Source: Octopus vulgaris (taxonomy: Eukaryota). From it: a stretch of 64,000 nt of DNA. The position numbers and the translations under genes are program-made. The notes under the pieces were generated by a model. It ran no database searches and was not told the DNA's origin. It worked only from the letters and a program-made list of their open reading frames with translations. The stretch lies in the NCBI GenBank assembly GCA_951406725.2, contig OX597820.1, positions 70,866,001 to 70,930,000 of the forward strand. The letters are read 5' to 3'. Every line of letters begins with the position of its first letter. Within the stretch, counting starts at the first letter, position 1. Of this stretch, positions 52,882 through 64,000 are shown piece after piece.

Positions 52882-55119
52882 TGTGTACAGTGCTCAGGTG
52901 CACTACAACTCATCTAAAGTGTATATATATGATTCTACCAGGTTGCTGTCTTATCACTGCATATACATAGGAGGAAAATTGATAAGCTATAGGCTTATGG
53001 CTTGATTTTCAAACAAGCAGCAGGCATTTTTGTTGTAGTCCTGAGCCTCTCTCCCTCATCATCAAAGAGAAGGTCACTCATGATAAGCTGATATCCTAGC
53101 CTGGACAGCTGGCAGAATCATTAGCATGCCGGCCGGAATGCTTAGTGGTATTTCGGCTGCCGTTACATTCTGAGTTCAAATTCCACTGAGATCGACTTTG
53201 CCTTTCATCCTTTTGGGGTCAATTAAATAAGTACCAATTAGGCACTGGGTTTGATGTAATCGACTTAATTGCTTTATCTGTCCTTGTTTGTCCCCTCTAT
53301 GTTTAGCCACCTGTGGGCAATAAAGAAATAAATACTACTGTAGACGGTACTAATCTTATTTAATCTTACACTTTGTGTGTGTGTGTGTATATGTGTGTGT
53401 GCGCGTGTGTGTGTGTATGTGTGGGTATGTGTGTGCTTGTGTCCGTGCGTGCGCGTGTGTGTGTGTGTGTTGGTGTGTGTGTGTGTGTGTTGGTGTGTGT
53501 GTGCATGTATGTTTGTATCCTGACATCACATGATAGGTGTATATGAATGTCACAGTCATGCAAGCAGTGTCCAATATTATGCGAAACCATGTCAGCTTGG
53601 AAACAGGTGAAAGTTAGCAACAGGAAAGGCATCCAACTGTAGACATTCTGCCTTGAATAAACTCTCTCCGATTGCATGCACGCATAGAAAAGTGGACATT
53701 AAAACAACAATGACGATGACAATGATGGTGGTGGTGGTGGTGGCGGCAGCAATGATGACAGTGGTGGTGTTGACACTGATGATGATGATAATGATACTTA
53801 CCTGATGTACAATTCCATATATTACCGAAATATCATAACTTACATTAACATTTGCTAACTTTAATGAATAAACAACATAGATTCATTCCGATATTATCAT
53901 TATTATTATCATTATTATTATCAATATCTAAAAAAATTTTTATCTTGCTTTTAAACTTACAAACTTTCCATTGTTTCACTATATATTTTTTTCATTTATT
54001 AACAAATGTAAACTAATTTTAAATTATTCTCGTTTGTTTGTCCTGCACTTTGATATGCGATGTTATATTGTGAAAATTACTTTCTTCTGTTGGGACTTTT
54101 TTTATTCTAACATGTTTTGTCTGTTTTATCTGGTATTGTGTAATTGCCATATGCAACATTTTCCACCTGCATGACGAACCATAAAAGAAAAACATAACAA
54201 AATGTCAACATGTCTATATACATGTATGTCCATGTGTATAAATGTATAAATGCATGTGTGTATATGTGTCTATGTCTGTGTATGTCCATGTGTATGTGTG
54301 TGTGCGTCCATGTGTATAAATGTATAAATGTGTGTGTGTGTGTGTATGTGTGTTTGTATCTGTGTGTATGTGTAGATATATCATCATCATCATCATCATT
54401 ATTTAACATCTGTGTTCCATGGTCGCATGCAATGGCTTAATCAACAGGATCTAACTAGCCAGAGAGCTGCATTCGTCTCCAGGGTCTGCTTGGGCAAGGT
54501 TTCTATGGCTGGTGGTGGCTTTATTTTTTTATTCTTTTGTGGCACCAGTACCAGTGAGGTCACCGAATGACTGTCAAGAACAAGACTCCTGGACAGAAGT
54601 GGGCTGCAGTATTGAGAGAGATGGCTTTGTGCTAGCTGTAGAGAGGCTAAAAGTAAGAAAGAAGGACAAGAATAAGTGTCTTGTTGCAGAAGGAAAGGGA
54701 GAAAGAATAGTGGAGATGAAGTATCAGGATCCCCATCATCACGTGTCTTCCCCATTCCCCATGACTGCCCCACACTCTTACAACCTACCCAACCACATGT
54801 TGCCTTCTTCACCAGTAGATTGGAGAGCAAGTGAGCAGGTTTGTGCTTTTTGGGGCAAGGGCAATCCTGGATCGGTAGAGTTCTTTGATTGGCCCTAATC
54901 GGAGTTTCTCCTGTATCAAGAGGATTGCATCACTCATCTTATCAAATACTTTTATTGCATTTCACTTCTTTTTCCATTTCTTTCTCCTCATCCTTTATCT
55001 AAATTCTCACACAAATTCTTATCTGTCCTTGTGATGTCTCCTCTCATCTATGCACCCATAGCCAATGAAAGCAATTATTATATGAAGACTCATAGCTTAT
55101 TTTGCTGCACATAATGGAA

Positions 55120-55930
55120 AGTGTCAGCCAGCAGACTAAGGTGACCCTTATTTTACTGGTCATGCTTCAAGAACCCTGCAAAAGATTCTTGCAGTTCCAA
55201 GCAATGCTTATTTTTGTGGGTGTTCTACCTTCACACTTGCACCCGATCTTTCTTTCAGCCATGTTGGTCATTGAGTGTTGATACTTCCAAGTGCACCAGT
55301 TACTATTGGTATCACGTCTACTCTCTTCATTGACCACAACCTTTGTATTTCCCACTTTAAACCATCATAATTGTTTATTTTTTACTTCTTCTTTCATGTT
55401 GATCCTGTTGTCATTAGGGCAAGCTATGTTGATTATCATACATGTTTTTTTTTTTTATTCACTACAACAGTGTCCAGTTTCCAATGTCTGGTTGAGTGAT
55501 CGCACTGGATCATTGCATCCCACAGGATTTTGCAATTCTCATTTTCGGTGACTCATACTGGAGTTTGCTCATACCACGTCCTTGCTCTTTGCAAGCTGTA
55601 ATTTCCACAGAGTCCCCAATGGATCATTCTTTCAACATTGTCACGGCATCTTTTGTATTTGCATTGTGCCAATTTCGGGCATTCGCTAACAATGTGCCAT
55701 ACCGTTTCATCCCTCTCATCATACATTCTGCATTTGTAGTGATGTCTATTTCTGCACTTCATATAGTTGGTCCTTAACACTCGTTCCTGAGCTGTGCATA
55801 TGAGTGCTTCTGTCTCTATCTCCAGGTCACTCCTCGCCATCCATAGCCACCAGTCTTCTGTATCTGTCTTGGCATTCACATCTCTTGCAAACTGACCATA
55901 CATTTTCTTTTCCTTACATACTTTTTCTTT
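55120..55930 (-). mobile_element. R4/Dong-like non-LTR retrotransposon remnant (CCHC knuckle + restriction-like endonuclease)
   Basis: MYGQF..ETEALICTAQ..KCRMYDERDETVWHIVSEC..IHWGLC..ENENCKILWD..IINIACPND..KWEIQRLW..VIPIVTGALG..ALLGTARI. Confidence 0.85.
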
Positions 55931-55959
55931 TTTTTTGTTCTTCTTTAGTTTAAATTATT

Positions 55960-56016
<57 letters not shown>

Positions 56017-57119
56017 TTGGCATTAGGAAGGGCATCCAGCCGTAGAAACATTGCCAGATCAAACTGGGCCTGGTGCAGCCTTCTGGCTTCCCAGACCCCA
56101 GTTGAACCGTCCAACCCATGCTAGCATGGAAAGCGGACGCTAAATGATGATGATGATGATTATTATTATTAAAGCAAAAAAAAAAAGAAAGCCATTGTTA
56201 TCAAGTTTATTTTTTGAACTTGTGGAAGGCACACTAGATGCCAAAATATCATTCACTTGATAACAATGGCACTCTTCTCTTTTTTTGCTTCTATATACCT
56301 ACTGGAGGAGTTACCTCATTCCTATAAAATATTATTACTATTATTATTATTATTATTATTATTCTTATTATTATTATTATTTTTATTATTATTATTATCA
56401 TCATCATCATCATTATTATTCCGCTGCTCTTCACCAGCTGATCCCCCCTTTTTTTGCACTTTAGTCATCTCCTCTCCCCTACTTCCCCCAGCTTGTATAT
56501 TATTGGTCACCCTCAACCCCTTCAACCCTACCCAATTTCTATAATTGTCTCCCTCCTCTCTTCCCTGTCTTCCCCTACTTCCCTCAACATCAGTCCTTCA
56601 TAATATCCACCCCCTAACCCATTCCAATATCTAACCATCTAACTTTCCCCCCATACATCCATACTATCTCTCAAAAGAATTAAAGGTCCTTCCTGAGCCA
56701 TAGGACTGGATTCTTAGAGTCTGTGGCATACATATTTTTCCCCTGGATGGAACACCAGTTCATCACAGGATTACTCCTTTTGCCAACTGAATGAAGTGGA
56801 GCAACATGAAATGAAGTGTCTTGCTCAAGAACACATTATTTGGTCCAGGAATTGAAACCACAATCTTACTATCATGAACATAGCACCATTACCACTAAGC
56901 CTCTCGCCTCCACTTACCATCTCTACTCACCTTATGCAACAAGGACCTACTCTGTCCCCACTTGCCTCCACTCTTTCCATCTCTACTCACCTTCTAATCA
57001 TTTTCCCACCCTCTTCTAAATGAGAATAGTCATGTAGCCCTTATGCAACAAGGACCTACTCTGTCCCCACTTTCACTCATGCTTTAACCCTTCATTCTCA
57101 AGCATAAAGCCATCACCCA

Positions 57120-57158
57120 CTTACACACACATGCGCGCACGCACACACACACACACAC

Positions 57159-57197
<39 letters not shown>

Positions 57198-57367
57198 CTG
57201 TCTGTCTCTCTCTCTCTCTTTTACTTATACGCACACACACACACTCTATCTCTCTCTATCTTTCACACACACACACGCACACACATAGTCTGTCTCTCTC
57301 TTTCAGACACACACACACGCATACACACACACACACACAGTCTGTCTGTTTGTCTCACGCTTTCACT

Positions 57368-57425
<58 letters not shown>

Positions 57426-58062
57426 ATCTCTCTCTTTCACACACAGTTTTCTCTCTCTCTCTCTCTTGCACTCGCACACGCACACTCTATCACTCTCTAT
57501 CTTTCACACACACACACACACAGATACACTCTACAGTGACAGCATTCCCCCTCTGCTCACATTGTTTATTACACTTGGTCATTTAAAAAGCTGGTTCCTT
57601 TCCTCCGTTATACCCAACAACAACATGACAACACCAAACAATCCTGACGATCGCTTTGCATGTGATTGATTATCAACTTGTGAAGTCTTTTCCACTTCAA
57701 TACTATACTATTTTAAGGTGGCAAACTGGGAGGCACGTCACTGCACCAGGTAAAATGCTTGGCAGAATTTTGTCTGGCTTTTACATTCTGAGTTCAAATT
57801 CTGCTAAGGTCAACTTTGCCCTTCATCGTTTTGGTGGTGGTGGTGGTGGTGGTGGTCGTGGGGGGGGGGGGGGCAGTAAAAAAGTACCATTTGAGAATTG
57901 GGGGTTGATGTAATTGACTTACCTCCCCTTCTCTGAACTTGCTGGCCTTGTGCTAAAGTTTGAAACAATTGTTGGTCCTGTTTTTCTCTCTACCTTTGGG
58001 ATTTGACTAACTTTTCCACCTTGTTTTGCACCTGTGAATCCACATGTGTGTGTGTGCATGTG

Positions 58063-58094
<32 letters not shown>

Positions 58095-58288
58095 TGTATG
58101 TATGTATGTGTGTGTGTGTATGTATGTATGTGTGTGTATGTATGTGTGTGTGTGTATATATGTATGCATGTATGTATGTATGAATGTATGTACGTATGTA
58201 TATGTATATGTATGTATGGATGGAAGGATTTGTATATACATTTCTATATGTACAACATATGTATAAGTAATGATATATACATACATAC

Positions 58289-58333
<45 letters not shown>

Positions 58334-58507
58334 CATAAATTATATGTGTGTGTATGTGCACACACGAGCATGCATGCACATGCACACACTCTCTCTCTCT
58401 CTGTCTTTCTTTCTCTCTTACACACACACAAACACACACATACATGCAAGCACCCACCCACACATACACACACTCTCTGTCACGCTCAGACACACAATCT
58501 CTCTCTT

Positions 58508-58539
<32 letters not shown>

Positions 58540-59355
58540 TTACCCTCTACAGTGACAGCATTCCACATCTGCTCACGTTGTTTATTATACTTGGTCATTT
58601 AAAAAGCTTTTTTTCCTTTTTCCACATTATACTCAGCTACAACAGATTGTTATTGACAATCATTATGTTAATAGTTAGTCATGTCACCAATTAAAATATC
58701 ATTTAAATAGCACAGCTCACATTTTGTTTGCTCACGCTTCTTTATTTTAAATTCTTTTAACGAATCAATCGTTTAATTACTCATTAACTACCTGGGTCAG
58801 CTCTGTGTTGTTTCTCATGCATTCTGGATTACATAGGGAAACAGGACAAATAATGAATTTAACTGATTTCCCAACTGCCTCTGCTGTTCCAAACACAGCA
58901 GTTGCTAGCTTTGCTTAGATCACCTGCTCTTTTGCAGACTCAAAACCAACACAATTAATTTCTCGATCATGTTTGACTGGGTTCATTTCCTTAAAAATTT
59001 TAGTTCAATATTGTTTATTTTCTGTGTGTGCATCCATCCATCCATCCATCCATCCATCCATCCAGACACAACACACACACACACACACACATACATATAT
59101 ATGCGTATATACACAAAGACACACACATACATACGCACACATATATATATATATATACTCATAAACATATATGCACACACATGCATACGTATATATTTAT
59201 AAAATTATGTATATGCAATTATACATATAAATATACTCATAAATGTATATATGTAAATGTATATGTGTTTGTATATGTATGTGTGTGTGTGTATCATATA
59301 TATATAAATATGTATACATATTATCATATTTATGTATATATATCTCACACACACA

Positions 59356-59440
<85 letters not shown>

Positions 59441-59468
59441 CATAAATATATGTGTATGTATGTATGTA

Positions 59469-59518
<50 letters not shown>

Positions 59519-59525
59519 TGTCTAT
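57120..59525. repeat. Mixed (CA)n/(CT)n/(TATG)n/(TA)n microsatellite field
   Basis: Direct inspection; includes a duplicated ~70-bp segment near 57525-57595 and 58545-58610. Confidence 0.9.
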
Positions 59526-60363
59526 AATAAATGTGAGCATTAAGTTCATATAACATATTTAATATAGTGCGCATCAAAAATTTAATGAAAATTATGTTTG
59601 CTTATGAATGAATGAATGAATGAATGATGAATGAATGAATGAAAGATTAAATGAATGAAGGAATGAACGAATGAATATATGTGTCTATATATCTGTATGA
59701 GTTTCTGTATATATGAATGTGTGTGCATACATAGAATGCTATGGTTTTTTTTTCTTTTTAATAAAACCCCATATTTATCCTTACTGTAAAATATTTTCTT
59801 GTTAAACCACACGTTTTGCTCTTAGTGGCCAGTAAAATGAGATTAGTATTTTTTAGCATTTTATCAGAAGCTGATTACATGCTTTTTACCTAACACAATG
59901 AGAATAGTTTATCCTTATTTGATGATGGCTGTTTCTTTGTGCCCAAAAATCACAAGGAAAGGCAGTACACCCTAAAGTGGTTCTGTAAACCGGTCCTTAA
60001 TGCTGCAGGGTTTTTCTTCTGTCCTGTGCTTAGTAGTTTTAAAGTGAGAGTCAGTCCACACAATCCAGTCCCACTTTTTTCACTGATGCTTGTTCAGTGG
60101 TCAAAGACAACTGCTGAGACCAGCAAGCTGTAAGTTTTACTTTAGAGTGGCCACCTCCCGGGTGGATTGCCTTAGAGGGCTGAAGAGCTGTACCTACAGT
60201 GGGTTTGCTGGGAGGGGCTCAAGAGGGCACCTGACCAACCGGGGGATTCCTCTCCATGATTTGCCATCCAGATTGACTCATCTAGCCTTTTTCCTTTCCC
60301 AAGGCCCCTACATGACAATGAGGGTTTGGGCTCACAGTTTCCTGCTAGACCTTAGATATAACT

Positions 60364-60651
60364 TTAGCCCTTTCATTACCAGATTTTTCTTGTTCAATAA
60401 ATTTTGAAAATAATGAAGAATTAAGTAAAATAATACACTTCTATAATAATAATAATAATAATAATAATAATTGTGTACAGTGCTCAGGTGCACTACAACT
60501 CATCTAAAGTGTATATATAATCAGGTGTAGTTTCGGCGGATTTCGGAAAGCATGAGGGCATTAAAGGATGCAGTGTCATGGCATAGTGGTTAAGAGCACA
60601 GGCTACTAACCCCAAGATTCCGAGCTCAATTCCAAGCAGTGACCTGAACAC

Positions 60652-60707
<56 letters not shown>

Positions 60708-61002
60708 TCGGAAAATACCTTAGGAATGAGAACACAGGTTCGAAATTTCCCCATGACACCTGAAGAAGGCTGGAGAGTATATTAGCCAGAACGTTGTGTT
60801 AACAACAAGCAAGATGAGGACAAATATCCGTCAAATGTAAATAATGTAAGTAAAATAACTTTGTCATTATTAAACTGGGATTTTGGAATGTTAATTAGCA
60901 TGGTATTATGAGAGAAGGTTATACTTTAAATTACTTCAAAATAGAACGTTCATATCATTGAACCTGGGGCTGACTCAGGTGGGTTGATATCGAGAGGGTT
61001 AA
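60364..61002 (+). mobile_element. piggyBac-type MITE hosting the tRNA-hammerhead element
   Basis: TTAgCCCTTTC..TACC left end, GATATCGAGAGGGTTAA right end; related truncated copy about 8008-8240. Confidence 0.6.
60434..60847 (+). mobile_element. Non-coding element: tRNA-like segment + (AAT)n + hammerhead + PLE-shared 3' end
   Basis: TSD taagtaaaataa (60422-60433, 60847-60858); A box 60579-60589, B box 60622-60633; hammerhead motif 60755-60800; 5' part recurs at 52881-52928. Confidence 0.75.
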
Positions 61003-62146
61003 ACTGCAATTAGTGGGGCCCTGGTTTGGATATTTCAGGATTTTGAGGAATCACCTTTTAGTTTCTTGGTCAGCTCTTGAAATCACCTCTTAGCCACTGT
61101 TGCTCCCATGTCTTCTCTGTCTTAGAATACTTGCACCTTATCCTTATTTATGCTTGTTCCTTCTCGAGCCATGCCTAGCTCGTAGGGCCGGTTTCCCGTT
61201 ACCTTGGTGTATAGGTTCCCCACCTGGACAGGTTGCCGGTCCATCGCAGGTGAGCTGCAAATGCAGGAGGAAAGAGTGAGAGAAAGTTGTGGTGAAAGAG
61301 TCAGCAGAAGTTCACCATTACCTTCTGCCGGAGCCGCGTGGAGCTTAGGTGTTTCACTCATAAGCACACACATCGCCTGGTCTGAGATTCAAACCCGTGA
61401 TCCTCCAACCACGAGTCCGCTGCTCTAACCACTAGGCCATGTGCCTCCACATCCTTATTCATAGTATACTCAAAATCAGATAGAACTAAGATAATCTGCT
61501 ATAATTTGCATAAAAGTACAAAAATACATCCATGAATCTAAAGTACATTTACTTTTATCCCCATCACCTGAAAAAAAATAATACTGAGCAGGCTTCTATT
61601 AATTAATGTATGCTTGCAATGCTTGCTCTCTTATGTAAATTAGGGTGGCCCAATTGCTCTCTTTCTAAATTTCTGTATAATACGACCAGCTACGCGGTAT
61701 TTTTTTTTTTCTGTGGTCAGGAGAATGTGTTACAAGATTCTAGAAAAAGAAATTGCAAAGTGCTAACATTTTCCTGAGCATAGACAGGAGATGAAAAAAA
61801 AAAAAAAATAATAAAATATGTTTTAACTACAACATCAAACTTCAAAGAGAAACTAAAAATAAGTTTATCAAAACAACAGTTCCACATGTCAACCTTGCAT
61901 CTCTAAATGCTGTGCAACAGTTCTGCTAATTAATACTTGCACACACACATATGCACACACATGGACACATGCACACACATATGCATGTATATGAATGGCT
62001 GTGTGGTAAGAAGCTTGCTCCCCAAACACATGGTTCTTGGTTTGATCCCATTGCATGGCACCTTGGGCAAGTGTCTTCTATTATAGCCTCCGGCTGACCA
62101 AAGCTTGTGAGTGGATTTGGTAGATGGAAATTGAAAGAAGCCCATC

Positions 62147-62182
<36 letters not shown>

Positions 62183-62325
62183 ATGAATGAATTATCCTTT
62201 GTTTACCGTTAACATGGAAAATTCAATAAACAGTTACCAGGGTAGCAAAATTCACGCAAGTAACAAGGATGTAGTGACCTATTCAAAGGTAGAAACTCCG
62301 GGTTAATGAGCAGTAATTTGTATAG

Positions 62326-62404
62326 TATAAGTAAATAAATGGAGTTGAACGCAGGTGTTATTCAAATTCTTTGAATAACACTTGTGTTCAACTCCATTTA
62401 TTTA

Positions 62405-62410
<6 letters not shown>
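62326..62410. repeat. Near-perfect 41-bp-arm palindrome
   Basis: Arms 62326-62366 and 62370-62410, loop ttc, two differences (G.U pairs in + strand RNA). Confidence 0.95.
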
Positions 62411-62457
<47 letters not shown>

Positions 62458-62481
62458 TTTATTTAAAAGCAGCAGAAAATT

Positions 62482-62533
<52 letters not shown>

Positions 62534-63018
62534 TTTGTTCCCCACCACCCCCATCACTTGACAACTGATGTTGTTGTGTTTACATCCATGTAACTTAGCT
62601 ATTCAGCAAAAGAGACCCATAGAATAAGTACTAGGCTAACACAGAATAAGTCCTGGGGTCTATTTGTTTGACTTATGGCAGTGCTCCAGCATGGCTCAGT
62701 CGAATGACAAACAAATAAAAGAAATAAAAAATATTTATATATATCTTTCATTTTGTATTTGTTTCAGTCATTAGACTGCGGTCATGTTGGAGCACCACCT
62801 TTAGGAATTATTAGTTGAATGGATTGACCCCCAATACTAATTTTTCTTTTTAAGCCTGGTACTTATTTTATCACTCTCTTTTGCTGAACAGCTAAGTTAA
62901 TGGGATGTAAACACACCAACACCAGTTGTCAAGTAGTGGCAGGGACAAACACACACTCACACACATGCTTATGCATATATACATTTACAAACATATATAT
63001 GACAGGCTTCTTTCAGTT

Positions 63019-63406
63019 CTATAAACATCTCCTTCAAGTAAAACCACCAATAGAAGAGAATATGACCAAAAATTGCGTGTACTCCATCCCATGCAGCTGT
63101 GGTAGGTTATAGAAAGGTGAAACATGCTGCCCCCTCAAAACAAGGGTAGACGAACATCGCAAAGCTGTGACACGAGGAAATATTTATAAACCAGGTATAG
63201 CTGATCATGTATGGAAAAATGGAGACCACCTCCCCCTGTGGGATGAAGTTAAAAAAATAATAGACAGAGAACACCACCGGAAAATACAAAGCACATACAC
63301 TAGGACACAACAACCTCCGAAGCAGACCGAGTGCAGATATGAATAGTGGTTAAGAGCGCTGGCTACTAACCCCAAGATTCCAAGTTCGATTCCAGGAAGT
63401 AACCAA

Positions 63407-63450
<44 letters not shown>

Positions 63451-63598
63451 CAACAACAACATCAAAAAATACATTAGGAATGAGAACCCAGGTTTGAAAT
63501 TTTCCCAAGACACCTGGTGAAGCCTGGAGGGTATATCAGCCAAAACATGTTAACAACAAACAAAATGAGGACAATTATCCATCAAATGTAAATAATGT
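63019..63598 (+). mobile_element. 5'-truncated Penelope-like element (GIY-YIG remnant + tRNA-like segment + hammerhead) inserted in SINE A
   Basis: NCVYSIPCSCGRL*KGETCCPLKTRVDEHRKAV..GIADHVWKNGDH..WDEVKKIIDRE; 15-bp TSD aggcttctt(t/a)cagtt at 63004-63018 and 63599-63613. Confidence 0.88.
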
Positions 63599-63749
63599 AG
63601 GCTTCTTACAGTTTCCATCTTCCAAATCCAATCACATGGCTTTGGTCAGCTCAAGGCAATAGTAGAGGACACTTAACCCAAGGTGCCACTCTGTGGGACA
63701 GAACCTGCAACCATGTGCTTAGGAAACAAACACATCTATGCCTGTACCT

Positions 63750-63791
<42 letters not shown>

Positions 63792-64000
63792 TCACACAAA
63801 CACACTCTCACACAAACACACTCACACACACTCACATGCACACACACATACATACACACATGCATGTATACATACATACACACACACACATACTCACACA
63901 AACACAAATACGCATACACTCACATGCACACACACATGAACACACATACACACATACACACACACTCACACAAACACAAATACACACACACTCACATGCA

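Overview
AT-rich, microsatellite- and retroposon-dense animal genomic DNA; the repeat landscape (tRNA-derived SINEs with internal (TA)n/(TG)n tracts, RTE LINE 3' ends with (GAT)n tails) suggests an octopus/coleoid cephalopod (inference). The window holds most of a + strand tektin-2 (TEKT2/tektin-B1-like) gene: coding exons 9021-9431, 12124-12338, 14912-15134 and 40964-41187 (357 codons, phases consistent, last exon not found in the window), with a probable non-coding first exon ending at 691 behind a palindromic RFX X-box (642-655). A second, head-to-head gene starts on the - strand (413-339) with a 25-codon exon that looks like a signal peptide. The introns are filled with several SINE families, RTE LINE fragments whose RT carries an inserted PHD-type finger, an R4/Dong-like LINE remnant, piggyBac, mariner and hAT remnants/MITEs, a solo LTR, and many Penelope-like element (PLE) remnants with hammerhead-ribozyme motifs, including a tRNA-headed hammerhead module. 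Almost all ORFs in the supplied track are microsatellite/SINE artefacts. All calls are by eye; repeat boundaries are approximate unless a TSD is quoted.
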